The notes under the pieces: generated by a model
Seen by the model: the letters and a program-made list of their open reading frames with translations, nothing else
Databases searched by the model: none
Told to the model about the DNA's origin: nothing
In this document: positions 13,958-22,467 of the stretch, piece by piece
Layout of the letters: each line of letters begins with the position of its first letter
Position numbering within the stretch: position 1 is the first letter of the stretch
Assembly: GCA_964537875.1 (NCBI GenBank)
Contig: CAZIDN010000010.1
Span: 3,417 to 67,416, forward strand
Reading direction: 5' to 3'
DNA: 64,000 bases
Source of the DNA: an uncultured Eubacteriales bacterium
GTDB lineage: Bacteria; Acidobacteriota; Aminicenantia; Aminicenantales; UBA4085
Position numbers and translations under genes: made by a program

Positions 13958-15433
13958 ATGGTGGATCAAAAGAATAGCTTTTTGACGAGGAATTTCCTTT
14001 TGTTCATCGTGTTGGGGCTTGCTTTTTTTCTAAGGATCTATAAAGCAAACTCTCCCCTTATCGGAATGCATGCCTGGAGACAAGCAGATACAGCGGCCAT
14101 GTCCAGGAACTACTATGAGAACGGATACCATTTTCTTTATCCCCAGATTGACTGGGGAGGGGATTCCCCTGGCTATGTCGAGTCGGAATTCCCCGGTTAT
14201 TCATTTCTCGTCGCCCTCTTCTATAAAATTTTTGGCGTTTCGGAGTTTATCGGAAGATTTCTTTCGATCATTTTTTCTCTTCTCACAATCTATACACTTT
14301 ATCTGGTAGTTCTTAAATGGATAGATCAAAAAACGGCGGTATGGACGGTCTTTTTCTTTTCTGTGCTTCCTCCTAATATTTTTTATAGCCGAACTTTTCA
14401 GCCGGAATCGGCCCTTCTCCTGTCATTAGTCCTCGGCGTATATCTTTTTTCTCAATGGACGGATTCCGGAAAATGGAAATATTTCTTTCTTTCAGCGATT
14501 TTTATTGCCTTGGCCTGCCTGTTAAAAATTCCCAGCTTTTACATTGGCTTGCCGCTCCTCTATCTGGCTTGGCAAAAATTCGGCGGAAAAACCCTAACCC
14601 GATGGCACCTCTGGCTCTATGCTCTGTGCGTCACAGCTCCTGTCGCCCTCTGGTACGTCCATGCTCATCGATTGTATTTGAAATCCGGACTGACATTCGG
14701 CATCTGGGGGTACGGAAGCGACAAATGGGGGAATTGGAGCCTTGTTTTAACCTGGAAATTTTGGGATAAAATTCTTTTCCGAAATATTGCCGAGGATTAC
14801 CTGACTTGGATCGGTTTTATTCTGTTTGGGATTGGATTATGGCTCAAGCGGACAACGAGAAAAGAAAAAGTGTTTGACTTCTGGATGGTGTCGCTCGTTA
14901 TTTATTTCATTATTGTCGCCCAAGGGAACTTCGTTCACCTCTATTATCAGCTTCCCTTCACGATTCCGGCCTGCGTCTTCTTAGCCAAAGTCTATTCCCG
15001 CTATTGGACACGAAATAGCTTCGGAAATAAAAAATCCATATGGCTGACAGCCGGCCTTATCGGAATACTGGCCCTGAGCGCCGGGCGGTATCACCTCTAT
15101 ATGCAAAAAGAGAATATCCAGAGTTCAGATGTCCTGAAACTAGCCGAAGCCGTTCAGCATCATGTGAAAACTGGTGATCTTGTCATCGCCGTCGACAATA
15201 ACGATCCCACCCTTCTTTACGTTTCTCATAGAAAAGGTTGGCATGCCACGCCTGAACAGATAGATGATTCTTTCCTGACGGAAAAGAGAATGCGAGGGGC
15301 AAAATATATTATCGGAATTTATGCCATTTTCAAGAATGCCGCAGGACAGAACGCCCTCCGATTTTTATCCATTCAATATCCTTGCATCTTTAGCGATAAA
15401 AAATCCTTTATTTTTAAATTAGCTGGAAGATAG
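13958..15433 (+). CDS. GT39/ArnT-like (PMT_2 family) polytopic membrane glycosyltransferase
   Basis: A 491-aa protein with about 11 predicted TM helices. The first periplasmic loop, HAWRQADTAAMSRNYYENG, resembles the ArnT/PMT loop. The gene is markedly AT-richer than its flanks. Confidence 0.65.
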   Translation: MVDQKNSFLTRNFLLFIVLGLAFFLRIYKANSPLIGMHAWRQADTAAMSRNYYENGYHFLYPQIDWGGDSPGYVESEFPGYSFLVALFYKIFGVSEFIGRFLSIIFSLLTIYTLYLVVLKWIDQKTAVWTVFFFSVLPPNIFYSRTFQPESALLLSLVLGVYLFSQWTDSGKWKYFFLSAIFIALACLLKIPSFYIGLPLLYLAWQKFGGKTLTRWHLWLYALCVTAPVALWYVHAHRLYLKSGLTFGIWGYGSDKWGNWSLVLTWKFWDKILFRNIAEDYLTWIGFILFGIGLWLKRTTRKEKVFDFWMVSLVIYFIIVAQGNFVHLYYQLPFTIPACVFLAKVYSRYWTRNSFGNKKSIWLTAGLIGILALSAGRYHLYMQKENIQSSDVLKLAEAVQHHVKTGDLVIAVDNNDPTLLYVSHRKGWHATPEQIDDSFLTEKRMRGAKYIIGIYAIFKNAAGQNALRFLSIQYPCIFSDKKSFIFKLAGR

Positions 15434-15446
15434 CGTTCGTAATCCT

Positions 15447-15492
15447 CCCGCCCCCCGTTGCTAAAGGGGGAGAGGGGGGATTATTTTCATCG
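15447..15492 (+). terminator. probable rho-independent terminator after the GT39-like gene
   Basis: A GC-rich imperfect stem (aatcctcccgcccccc ... gggggagaggggggatt) is followed by attattttcatcgtttg. Confidence 0.45.
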
Positions 15493-15613
15493 TTTGAAAG
15501 TGTCGATAATGTCATGGACAATTAGCTGAAATCCTTTTGAGTCGCTCAAAAAATATGCTAAATTATCCTCCAGAAGAAACTTTCATTAAGATTTAAGATT
15601 AAGGAGGGAAATC

Positions 15614-16564
15614 GTGGCTGATAAAATCGGAAGACGGGATTTCTTAAAGAAAAGCGCCGCGGTTGGGGCATCGGCGGTCTTGGGAAACCGCATAATTTCC
15701 AGTCTGGCGGAAGGTCCCCTGGCAGCGCTTGCCGCAGACAAAATCGATATCGCCGTCGCGTCGGGCAGCGACTATGCCGCGATGACGGCCAAGGCCGTCG
15801 AGCTCGTGGGCGGCATGGAAAAATTTGTCCATAAAGGTTCTAAGGTGGCCTTGCTCCCCAATGTCCAGAGCAAAAACCCCGGGACCTTCACCAAGCCCGA
15901 GATCCTGCGCTCGGTCATCCGGATGTGTAAAAAAGCCGGCGCTGGGGAAATCAACTGCCTGAGCTGGCTCACTCAGCAGCACTGGGATGGCGCGGGCCTG
16001 GCCCAGGTGGTCCAGGAAGAGGGCATAACGCTTAAGCTCATCCCGAGGGACGATGTCAATTTCAGGTCCGTCCCTATTACCGGCGGCAACGTCCTTCAAG
16101 AAGCCAAAATTTTGAATGAATTTTTCAACCATGACGTCTTCATCAACATGCCCATCACCAAGGACCACGCCGGCAACAAATTCACGGGAACCATGAAAAA
16201 CCTGATGGGCTTGAATGCGCCCTCTTTGAATCGCGCCCAATTCCACAAGCCGAACTGGCAAACCGACCCGGCCGCCATCGAACATTTGGACCGTTGCATC
16301 GCCGATCTAAACACGGTCGTCAAGCCCACGCTCTGCATCGTAGACGCTACGGAAATCATCAAGACCAACGGCCCCATGGGCCCCGGCGAGCTCATCAAGC
16401 CGCTCAAGGTGATTGCGGGCGTGGACCGGGTGGCCATTGATTCCTATTGCGCAACGATTCTCGGACTGAAAGGCGAAGATATCGTTCATATCCGCGGCGC
16501 CTACCAGAAAAAGGTAGGCGAGATCGACTTGAAGAAAGTCAAAATTCAGGAAATTAAGGCCTAG
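15614..16564 (+). CDS. Tat-signal DUF362-domain protein
   Basis: GTG start preceded by aaggaggg. A twin-arginine motif (RRDFLKK) is followed by a DUF362-like core (VALLPNVQSKNPGTFTKPEILRSVI, TGTMKNLMGL). Confidence 0.6.
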   Translation: MADKIGRRDFLKKSAAVGASAVLGNRIISSLAEGPLAALAADKIDIAVASGSDYAAMTAKAVELVGGMEKFVHKGSKVALLPNVQSKNPGTFTKPEILRSVIRMCKKAGAGEINCLSWLTQQHWDGAGLAQVVQEEGITLKLIPRDDVNFRSVPITGGNVLQEAKILNEFFNHDVFINMPITKDHAGNKFTGTMKNLMGLNAPSLNRAQFHKPNWQTDPAAIEHLDRCIADLNTVVKPTLCIVDATEIIKTNGPMGPGELIKPLKVIAGVDRVAIDSYCATILGLKGEDIVHIRGAYQKKVGEIDLKKVKIQEIKA

Positions 16565-16566
16565 CT

Positions 16567-17532
16567 TTGAAAAGGGCTTGGATTTTTTTGGCCGTCCTGG
16601 GGGCCCTAGGTTGTAACAGTTTGGGCGGCCCTCTGGCCGGGAGGCAGAATTTGGAAATCAAGCCCTCCCCTCCCCTCCAGAAGCTCGAGGTTTTTCTGCC
16701 GGACAAAGGCAAACTTCAAAACTGGAAAGCCGAGAATGCCCCGCAGCTCTACAAGGGTGAGGACCTCTATCTCTATATCGACGGCGGCGCCGAAATCTAC
16801 CACGAATACGGTTTCAAACAGGTTCTCGTCCAGGACTACAAGAGCGCCGCGGGAAAATCATTGACCCTGGAAATTTTTGAGATGGCTAATTCCGAATGCG
16901 CCTTCGGGATGTATACCTTCAAATCCAGCGCCAAAGGAAAAACAATCGCCGTCGGGCAAGACGGTCAGCTCGAACAGTATTATCTAAATTTTTGGAAGGG
17001 AAACTTCCTGGTCACGTTGACGGGATTCGACGGCAGCCCGGAAGTCATCCAGGGGCTGATGCTCATCGCCAGATCCGTGGATGCAAAGATTAGGACGCAG
17101 GGCAGGCGACCGTCGCTCGTCGAAATTTTTCCTAAAGAATGGCTCCCCATCTCGGGGTTGAAATACATCAAAGGCGTCTTGGGGCTTTACAACAATTATT
17201 CGTTTTTTGCCCGGGATGTGTTCCGGTTTAGGGAAGCGGTCATGGGCGCGATCGATGAGGGGAAATTCACGATCTTTGTTTTTCGATACACGAGCCAGGA
17301 GGAATGCCGGCGTCGGTTTCAAGAAGTGAAAGCGGCCTTCGAGAAAAATCCCGCCTACAAAAACCTCAAAACTGTCCGGCCGGATCTCTTCAAGACAATG
17401 GACGATAAGGGGATGACTATCTTCGGTCAACCTGTCGCAGACTGTATCGCTTTGGTTCGCACCAAAGAAAGTGAAAAATCGGCCGCAGAAATCGCGGAAA
17501 ACCTCAAAAATAATTATCCGAAAATAAAATAG
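16567..17532 (+). CDS. hypothetical lipoprotein
   Basis: TTG start 3 nt after the upstream stop. The signal peptide carries the lipobox LGALGC. I recognised no catalytic motif. Confidence 0.5.
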   Translation: MKRAWIFLAVLGALGCNSLGGPLAGRQNLEIKPSPPLQKLEVFLPDKGKLQNWKAENAPQLYKGEDLYLYIDGGAEIYHEYGFKQVLVQDYKSAAGKSLTLEIFEMANSECAFGMYTFKSSAKGKTIAVGQDGQLEQYYLNFWKGNFLVTLTGFDGSPEVIQGLMLIARSVDAKIRTQGRRPSLVEIFPKEWLPISGLKYIKGVLGLYNNYSFFARDVFRFREAVMGAIDEGKFTIFVFRYTSQEECRRRFQEVKAAFEKNPAYKNLKTVRPDLFKTMDDKGMTIFGQPVADCIALVRTKESEKSAAEIAENLKNNYPKIK

Positions 17533-17566
17533 AGCTGATATCGCAATCTTTTTTTCTATCGAATCC

Positions 17567-17600
17567 ACCCGGCATTCCGATGAGTGCCGGGTTTTATTTT
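17567..17600 (+). terminator. rho-independent terminator
   Basis: Stem acccggca / tgccgggt (8 bp) with a 10-nt loop, followed by tttatttt. Confidence 0.55.
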
Positions 17601-17717
17601 AATCCTTCACAGCAAGGCCCTACCTCGACACCTTAAAAATACAGCTTAAAAGGAATATCGTCAGGAACAGAGTGACAATGATAAGCCAGATAGCTCAAAA
17701 GACTTTCTTGAGGATCA

Positions 17718-18725
17718 TCATTCTCTTTCCAAAGATATTTCGAGCCCCTCGTCGGCCACGTGGAATCCTTTCTCCAGGATGGATTTTCGCGCTTCGCCGT
17801 CTGGGTCAAGAGCCTGATTAGAGTGGTTGAAATGAGTGAAATAGATGACGGTTTTTCCTTTTTGGGCCGCTTTTTTCAGCAGGTCCATGCTGTCTTTTAT
17901 GAAGGGATGGCCGATGCGGGACAAGTCCCGTCCAGGGAGCTCATCCGGGCTGTAGAAAGTCCCGTCGAGGAGCGCCGCATCGACCTCATCGACCGCCTCG
18001 ATGACCGATCGCTCCCATGCCGCCCAGTTTTGGATATCAGGGATATACAGAATCTTTTTCCGGCTTCCGGAGATTATCAAACCCAGGGTGTCGGTGTATT
18101 CATCCCGATGAGGGACCTGGAAGGGAATCACTGAGACCTGAGGGGTCAGCGCCCGTTTGTCATTCGGGGAAAGGACCACTGGCGATATGTTGTCCTGCTT
18201 GATGAGCTGGCTCCAGGGGCCGTTATTGGCCAAAAACTCCTTCATCCGCGATGAACAATAGACCGGCAATCTGTGGGCTGCGACCGATTCGAAACCGAAA
18301 AACATCAAGCCGGTGTAATGTCCGATATGGGCGTGGGTCAGCAGGACACCTTGAGGGATTTTTACTTCCATAGAGACCTGTTCATAAAGTCGATCGCAAG
18401 CCCTATCGAATTGGGTCCGAATATCAGGGGTGGCATCCACGATAAATAACTGCTTTTCTTTGAAATCCAGGATGGCCAGCGAAGAAATCAACCGGGCCTG
18501 CCCGGGATCTTTTCGGGCTCGTGAGCAATTGGGACAATGGCAGCCGAGCTGAGGGATCCCCCCATCCTGGGCGGTCCCCAGGATTTTGACAACGACATCC
18601 GCAACATCCCGGGATTGATCGTCTGCCCTTTTTTCAAAAAAAGGCGGCCGTTTTTCGGAAAATTGCAGGCTCTCCAACCATAGCAAGCCGCCGCCAAAAG
18701 CGCCAAGAAAATGTCTTCTTCTCAC
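17718..18725 (-). CDS. PqqB-like MBL-fold protein, orphan, with Tat-like signal
   Basis: Carries GGIPQLGCHCPNC, the PqqB-type Cys/His cluster. The N-terminus MRRRHFLGAFGG is Tat-like. There are no pqqA, pqqC, pqqD or pqqE genes nearby. Confidence 0.65.
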   Translation of the reverse strand: MRRRHFLGAFGGGLLWLESLQFSEKRPPFFEKRADDQSRDVADVVVKILGTAQDGGIPQLGCHCPNCSRARKDPGQARLISSLAILDFKEKQLFIVDATPDIRTQFDRACDRLYEQVSMEVKIPQGVLLTHAHIGHYTGLMFFGFESVAAHRLPVYCSSRMKEFLANNGPWSQLIKQDNISPVVLSPNDKRALTPQVSVIPFQVPHRDEYTDTLGLIISGSRKKILYIPDIQNWAAWERSVIEAVDEVDAALLDGTFYSPDELPGRDLSRIGHPFIKDSMDLLKKAAQKGKTVIYFTHFNHSNQALDPDGEARKSILEKGFHVADEGLEISLERE

Positions 18726-18873
18726 CGCTTTTCACGACCTTACAGTCCGGCCTTTCGACCGGGAGGACGAACGCCGCGGCCTTTTGTTAGAGCGAGAGAA
18801 TCGCCAAGCTCCAGCCGGGCCGTCTCGGCCAGCGCTTTCAATCGTTCAACGACCTCCGGATAGCGGATTGTTC

Positions 18874-19449
18874 TTACCTCTTTTGGACCTGATAACGAAT
18901 GATCGTCCAATACTCGGCAGGACTGGCCGCCATGCCCGGGCCCTTTAAATATTCCTCTTCATGCGCACCGAAAATACGGTAGCCTTTATCCTCAATGAAT
19001 TTTAAAAGCTTTTGGATGGTCGGAGTCTCCTCGCTGTAGGATCCGATATGTAAGATCTCTACGACGTCTCCGTACTCCCAGGTTTCGATGCGCACACCCG
19101 TGATGCCCTGCGGCAGCGATGTGATAGGATCCGGCAAAGGGAGCCCATAGAGCCCGCGCCACTCATTCTTAGGAGTATTGACGAAATTGAGCCAGCGGGC
19201 GCGCGGCGCGGCCATCCTTGCGCCTGGTAGGCTGAAAAAGGTCTTGTAGAGCAGCCCGAAGGCATTTTGTCCGACGATATTCGGATCGCCTTTCGCTTCG
19301 ACGACGAGCATTTTTTGGGCCGGCATCTGGCGGATCTGCGGCTCCTTCAGCGATTCATATTTGCTCAAATCCTGAAGGCCGCCCAGGGCGAAAAGAAAGA
19401 GCGCCCCACTGGCTGTCAGACCGGCTATGACGAGAAGCCCTCTTTTCAT
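18874..19449 (-). CDS. GyrI-like (AraC effector-binding fold) small-molecule-binding protein with N-terminal signal/TM
   Basis: A 191-aa protein with an N-terminal hydrophobic segment. The C-terminal region (EILHIGSYSEETPTIQKLLKFIEDKGYRIFGAHEEEYL) matches the GyrI-like fold. Confidence 0.5.
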   Translation of the reverse strand: MKRGLLVIAGLTASGALFLFALGGLQDLSKYESLKEPQIRQMPAQKMLVVEAKGDPNIVGQNAFGLLYKTFFSLPGARMAAPRARWLNFVNTPKNEWRGLYGLPLPDPITSLPQGITGVRIETWEYGDVVEILHIGSYSEETPTIQKLLKFIEDKGYRIFGAHEEEYLKGPGMAASPAEYWTIIRYQVQKR

Positions 19450-19635
19450 CTGATACCTCCCTTGATCAAAGATCCCGAAAATTCATGATCTTCATTCAAC
19501 CCCGACGGAAAGCCTTTGTCAAGTCGGCAGTCTCCTCCTCCTCGAGAATGGCGGAACTCCCCGGTTTTTTCTTCTCCATATTGCCTAGCGCAACTATTTC
19601 GGATAAGCTACTGTTTTACTTGCAAGGAGAAACTC

Positions 19636-22467
19636 ATGGAGAGAAGACTCTTGACCGGCGCCGTCTTGATAGCCTGGATTTGTATTCTGACCACAGGGAC
19701 AGGGATGCCCGTCGTTATGGGACAACGATCGTTCTCCGCGACGACGACGACCCCAGCCAACAGAATTCTCCATTCGCAGCCTGATTTCGGCAAGATGCCG
19801 CTGAATTTCATTCCCAACCGGGGGCAATTGGACGAGCGGGTCGCCTACTATGTCCAGGGAAAGGATAAAACGATCTACTTTAGCGCTGAGGGCGTGACTA
19901 TTGCCTTGACTAAAGCGGAAGCCTCGCGCTGGGCGGTGAAACTGGATTTCCAGGGCGCTAATCCCGGGGTGAATCCGGTGGGCGCAGACGAAACAGGCGC
20001 GGTTATTTCCTATTTCCAAGGGGAGCCCGGAAGCTGGAAGGCTGGGCTTCCTACATATTCCCGGATCATTTACCCCAATATTTGGCCGGGAATCGACCTC
20101 GTCTTCTCCGGAACGATGGACAAGCTGAAATACGAATTCATCGTTCGTCCGGGGGCGGACCCGTCCCGGATTCGTTTGGCCTACCGTGGCGCGAGTTCAG
20201 TCCTTATTAATGATCAGGGAAGCCTGATCGTCTCAACACCTTCGGGCGGGTTCGAGGATGGCCTTCCCATCGCCTACCAAGAGCAAGCGGGAAAGCGGGT
20301 GGACGTGCGGATGGCTTATAGGATCTTGGACAGCGGCGACGGGAAAAAGGATGGGGCAGGCCTCCGGGAAGATGAGGAGAACATGGTCACCTATGGTTTT
20401 ACGATCGGCGATTACGACCAGACCAAATCCCTCATCCTGGACCCGGTGATTCTGGTCTATTGCGGCTACATCGGAGGGCCAAGCTTTGATTATGGATATG
20501 GCATCGTGGCGGACCGCCTAGGCAATACGTATATCACAGGCTATACCTATTCGAGGGGAATCGCCTTTCCGGCAATGGTGGGCCCGGACCTGACTTTCAA
20601 CGGCGGAAGCATGGATGCTTTCGTGGCCAAATTGAACCCTTCGGGGACGGCGTTCGTGTATTGCGGATATATCGGCGGCTCGGGAAATGATTACGGATAC
20701 GGGATTGCCGTGGACCCCTCTGGAAACGCCTACGTTACGGGGTACACTTCTTCGAAAGAGTCCACTTTTCCAGTGTCGGTGGGCCCGAAGCTTATTCATA
20801 GAGGCTTATTCGATGTTTTTGTGGCCAAGGTCAACGCCAACGGTACGGCACTGGACTATTGCGGGTATATCGGCGGTTTAGGGAATGATTACGGAAGGAG
20901 CATTGCGGTGGACGGCTCGGGCAATGCCTATATCACGGGATATACGTCTTCGAATGAAGCCTCGTTTCCGGTATCGGGCGATCTGGACCTGTCTTACAAC
21001 GGCGGCGCGAATGACGCTTTCGCGGCCAAAGTCAACGCCGACGGCACGGCGTTCGAATATTGCGGATATATCGGCGGTTCAGGGAGCGACTTTGGATACG
21101 GCATTGCCGTCGATGCCTTGGGCAACGTCTACATCACAGGATATACCTCTTCGACGGAGGCCTCTTTTCCGGTGTCGACAGGTCCTGACCTAAGCTTTGA
21201 GGGCGGCCTTTATGACGCCTTTGTGGCCAAGGTCGACGCCGAAGGCTCAGCGCTCGAATATTGCGGGTATATCGGTGGTTCAGGAAGTGATTACGGATAC
21301 AGTATTGCCGTCGATCCTTTGGGAAACGCCTACATCACGGGCTATACGTCTTCATCAGATGGCACTTTTCCGGTGTCGACAGGCCCTAACTTGACCTATA
21401 ACGGCGGCTATTATGATGCCTTTGTGGCCAAGGTCGATATCGGAGGGGGCTGGCTCGTCTATTGTGGATTTATCGGCGGGTCGGGATACGACGTCGGCAC
21501 CGGGATCGCGGTTGACGGCCGGGGCTATGCCTTCGTCACGGGGTACACCTCTTCAAGGGAAGATACCTTTCCGGTTAAGGTAGGACCGGACCTAACCCAT
21601 AACGGGAGCTTTGATGCTTTTGTAGCTAAAATAGACCTGTCAGGAAAAGGGCTTGTGTATTGCGGGTACATCGGCGGGTCAGACTCCGATATGGGAATGG
21701 GTATTGCGCTGGATGTCGACGATTCAGGGAATACGTACCTAACGGGGAATACCTATTCGCTGCAATCTACCTTTCCGGTAACGGAAGGACCGGATTTTTC
21801 TTATAACGGTAACAGGGACGGCTTCGTGGCTAAAATCTATGAAAACTCGATCACCGTGACCGCGCCGAACGGCGGGGAAACCTGTCATGTCGGACTTGAT
21901 CAGGACATCACCTGGCTGACGGCGGGCAAAGTGGGGAATGTGAGAATCGAGTATTCGACGGATTCCGGCACGACCTGGACTGAGATTACGGCCTCGATTG
22001 AAAATGATGGAATTTTCACTTGGACAGTGCCCAATACAGTTTCTGAAACTTGCTTCGTCCGGATCACCGATACGGAAAACGGGGACCTGACAGATACGAG
22101 CGATGCGGTTTTTACAATCACGGATATTCCGGTCATTATCGTGACCTCGCCGAACGGCGGGGAGAGCTGGGTCGTGGGATCTTCGCATAACATCACCTGG
22201 CTCTCCGCGGGCGGGGTTGGAAACGTGAAAATCGAATATACGTCGGATTACGGCACGACCTGGATCGAGGTCGTGGCCTCGACCGAAAATGACGGGACCT
22301 ACGCTTGGATCGTGCCCGATGCGGTCTCCGATACCTGCTTGGTTCGGATCAGCGAGGCAGAAGATGGAGATCCTGTGGCTACGAGCAACTCGATTTTTTC
22401 CATCATCGCGGCGACGGGCCCTCCTGCCATGAAGAAACAGGGCGCCGGATCAGGAGGCCCGAGTTGA
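19636..22467 (+). CDS. secreted SBBP beta-propeller repeat protein with two C-terminal GPI-anchored-family-like (ITW-type) beta-sandwich domains
   Basis: Start placed at the internal ATG (MERRLLTGAVLIAWICILTTGTG signal peptide), which follows an aaggag RBS. About 8 tandem ~63-aa repeats follow, of the form YCGYIGGSGxDYGYGIAVD..GNAYITGYTSS...FPV (PF06739-like). They are followed by two ~95-aa repeats (SPNGGESWVVGSSHNITW...GNVKIEY). Confidence 0.8.
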   Translation: MERRLLTGAVLIAWICILTTGTGMPVVMGQRSFSATTTTPANRILHSQPDFGKMPLNFIPNRGQLDERVAYYVQGKDKTIYFSAEGVTIALTKAEASRWAVKLDFQGANPGVNPVGADETGAVISYFQGEPGSWKAGLPTYSRIIYPNIWPGIDLVFSGTMDKLKYEFIVRPGADPSRIRLAYRGASSVLINDQGSLIVSTPSGGFEDGLPIAYQEQAGKRVDVRMAYRILDSGDGKKDGAGLREDEENMVTYGFTIGDYDQTKSLILDPVILVYCGYIGGPSFDYGYGIVADRLGNTYITGYTYSRGIAFPAMVGPDLTFNGGSMDAFVAKLNPSGTAFVYCGYIGGSGNDYGYGIAVDPSGNAYVTGYTSSKESTFPVSVGPKLIHRGLFDVFVAKVNANGTALDYCGYIGGLGNDYGRSIAVDGSGNAYITGYTSSNEASFPVSGDLDLSYNGGANDAFAAKVNADGTAFEYCGYIGGSGSDFGYGIAVDALGNVYITGYTSSTEASFPVSTGPDLSFEGGLYDAFVAKVDAEGSALEYCGYIGGSGSDYGYSIAVDPLGNAYITGYTSSSDGTFPVSTGPNLTYNGGYYDAFVAKVDIGGGWLVYCGFIGGSGYDVGTGIAVDGRGYAFVTGYTSSREDTFPVKVGPDLTHNGSFDAFVAKIDLSGKGLVYCGYIGGSDSDMGMGIALDVDDSGNTYLTGNTYSLQSTFPVTEGPDFSYNGNRDGFVAKIYENSITVTAPNGGETCHVGLDQDITWLTAGKVGNVRIEYSTDSGTTWTEITASIENDGIFTWTVPNTVSETCFVRITDTENGDLTDTSDAVFTITDIPVIIVTSPNGGESWVVGSSHNITWLSAGGVGNVKIEYTSDYGTTWIEVVASTENDGTYAWIVPDAVSDTCLVRISEAEDGDPVATSNSIFSIIAATGPPAMKKQGAGSGGPS

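Noticed and set aside
16984-17568. 194-aa minus-strand ORF
   Set aside because: It lies antisense to the lipoprotein gene 16567-17532 and shows no motifs. The sense gene has a lipobox and a downstream terminator.
19636-22467. Periodic ~190-bp DNA repeats that could be mistaken for a CRISPR array or satellite
   Set aside because: The periodicity is in-frame coding repeats: SBBP beta-propeller blades of a single ORF. The repeat units are diverged at the DNA level and there are no short identical direct repeats with unique spacers.
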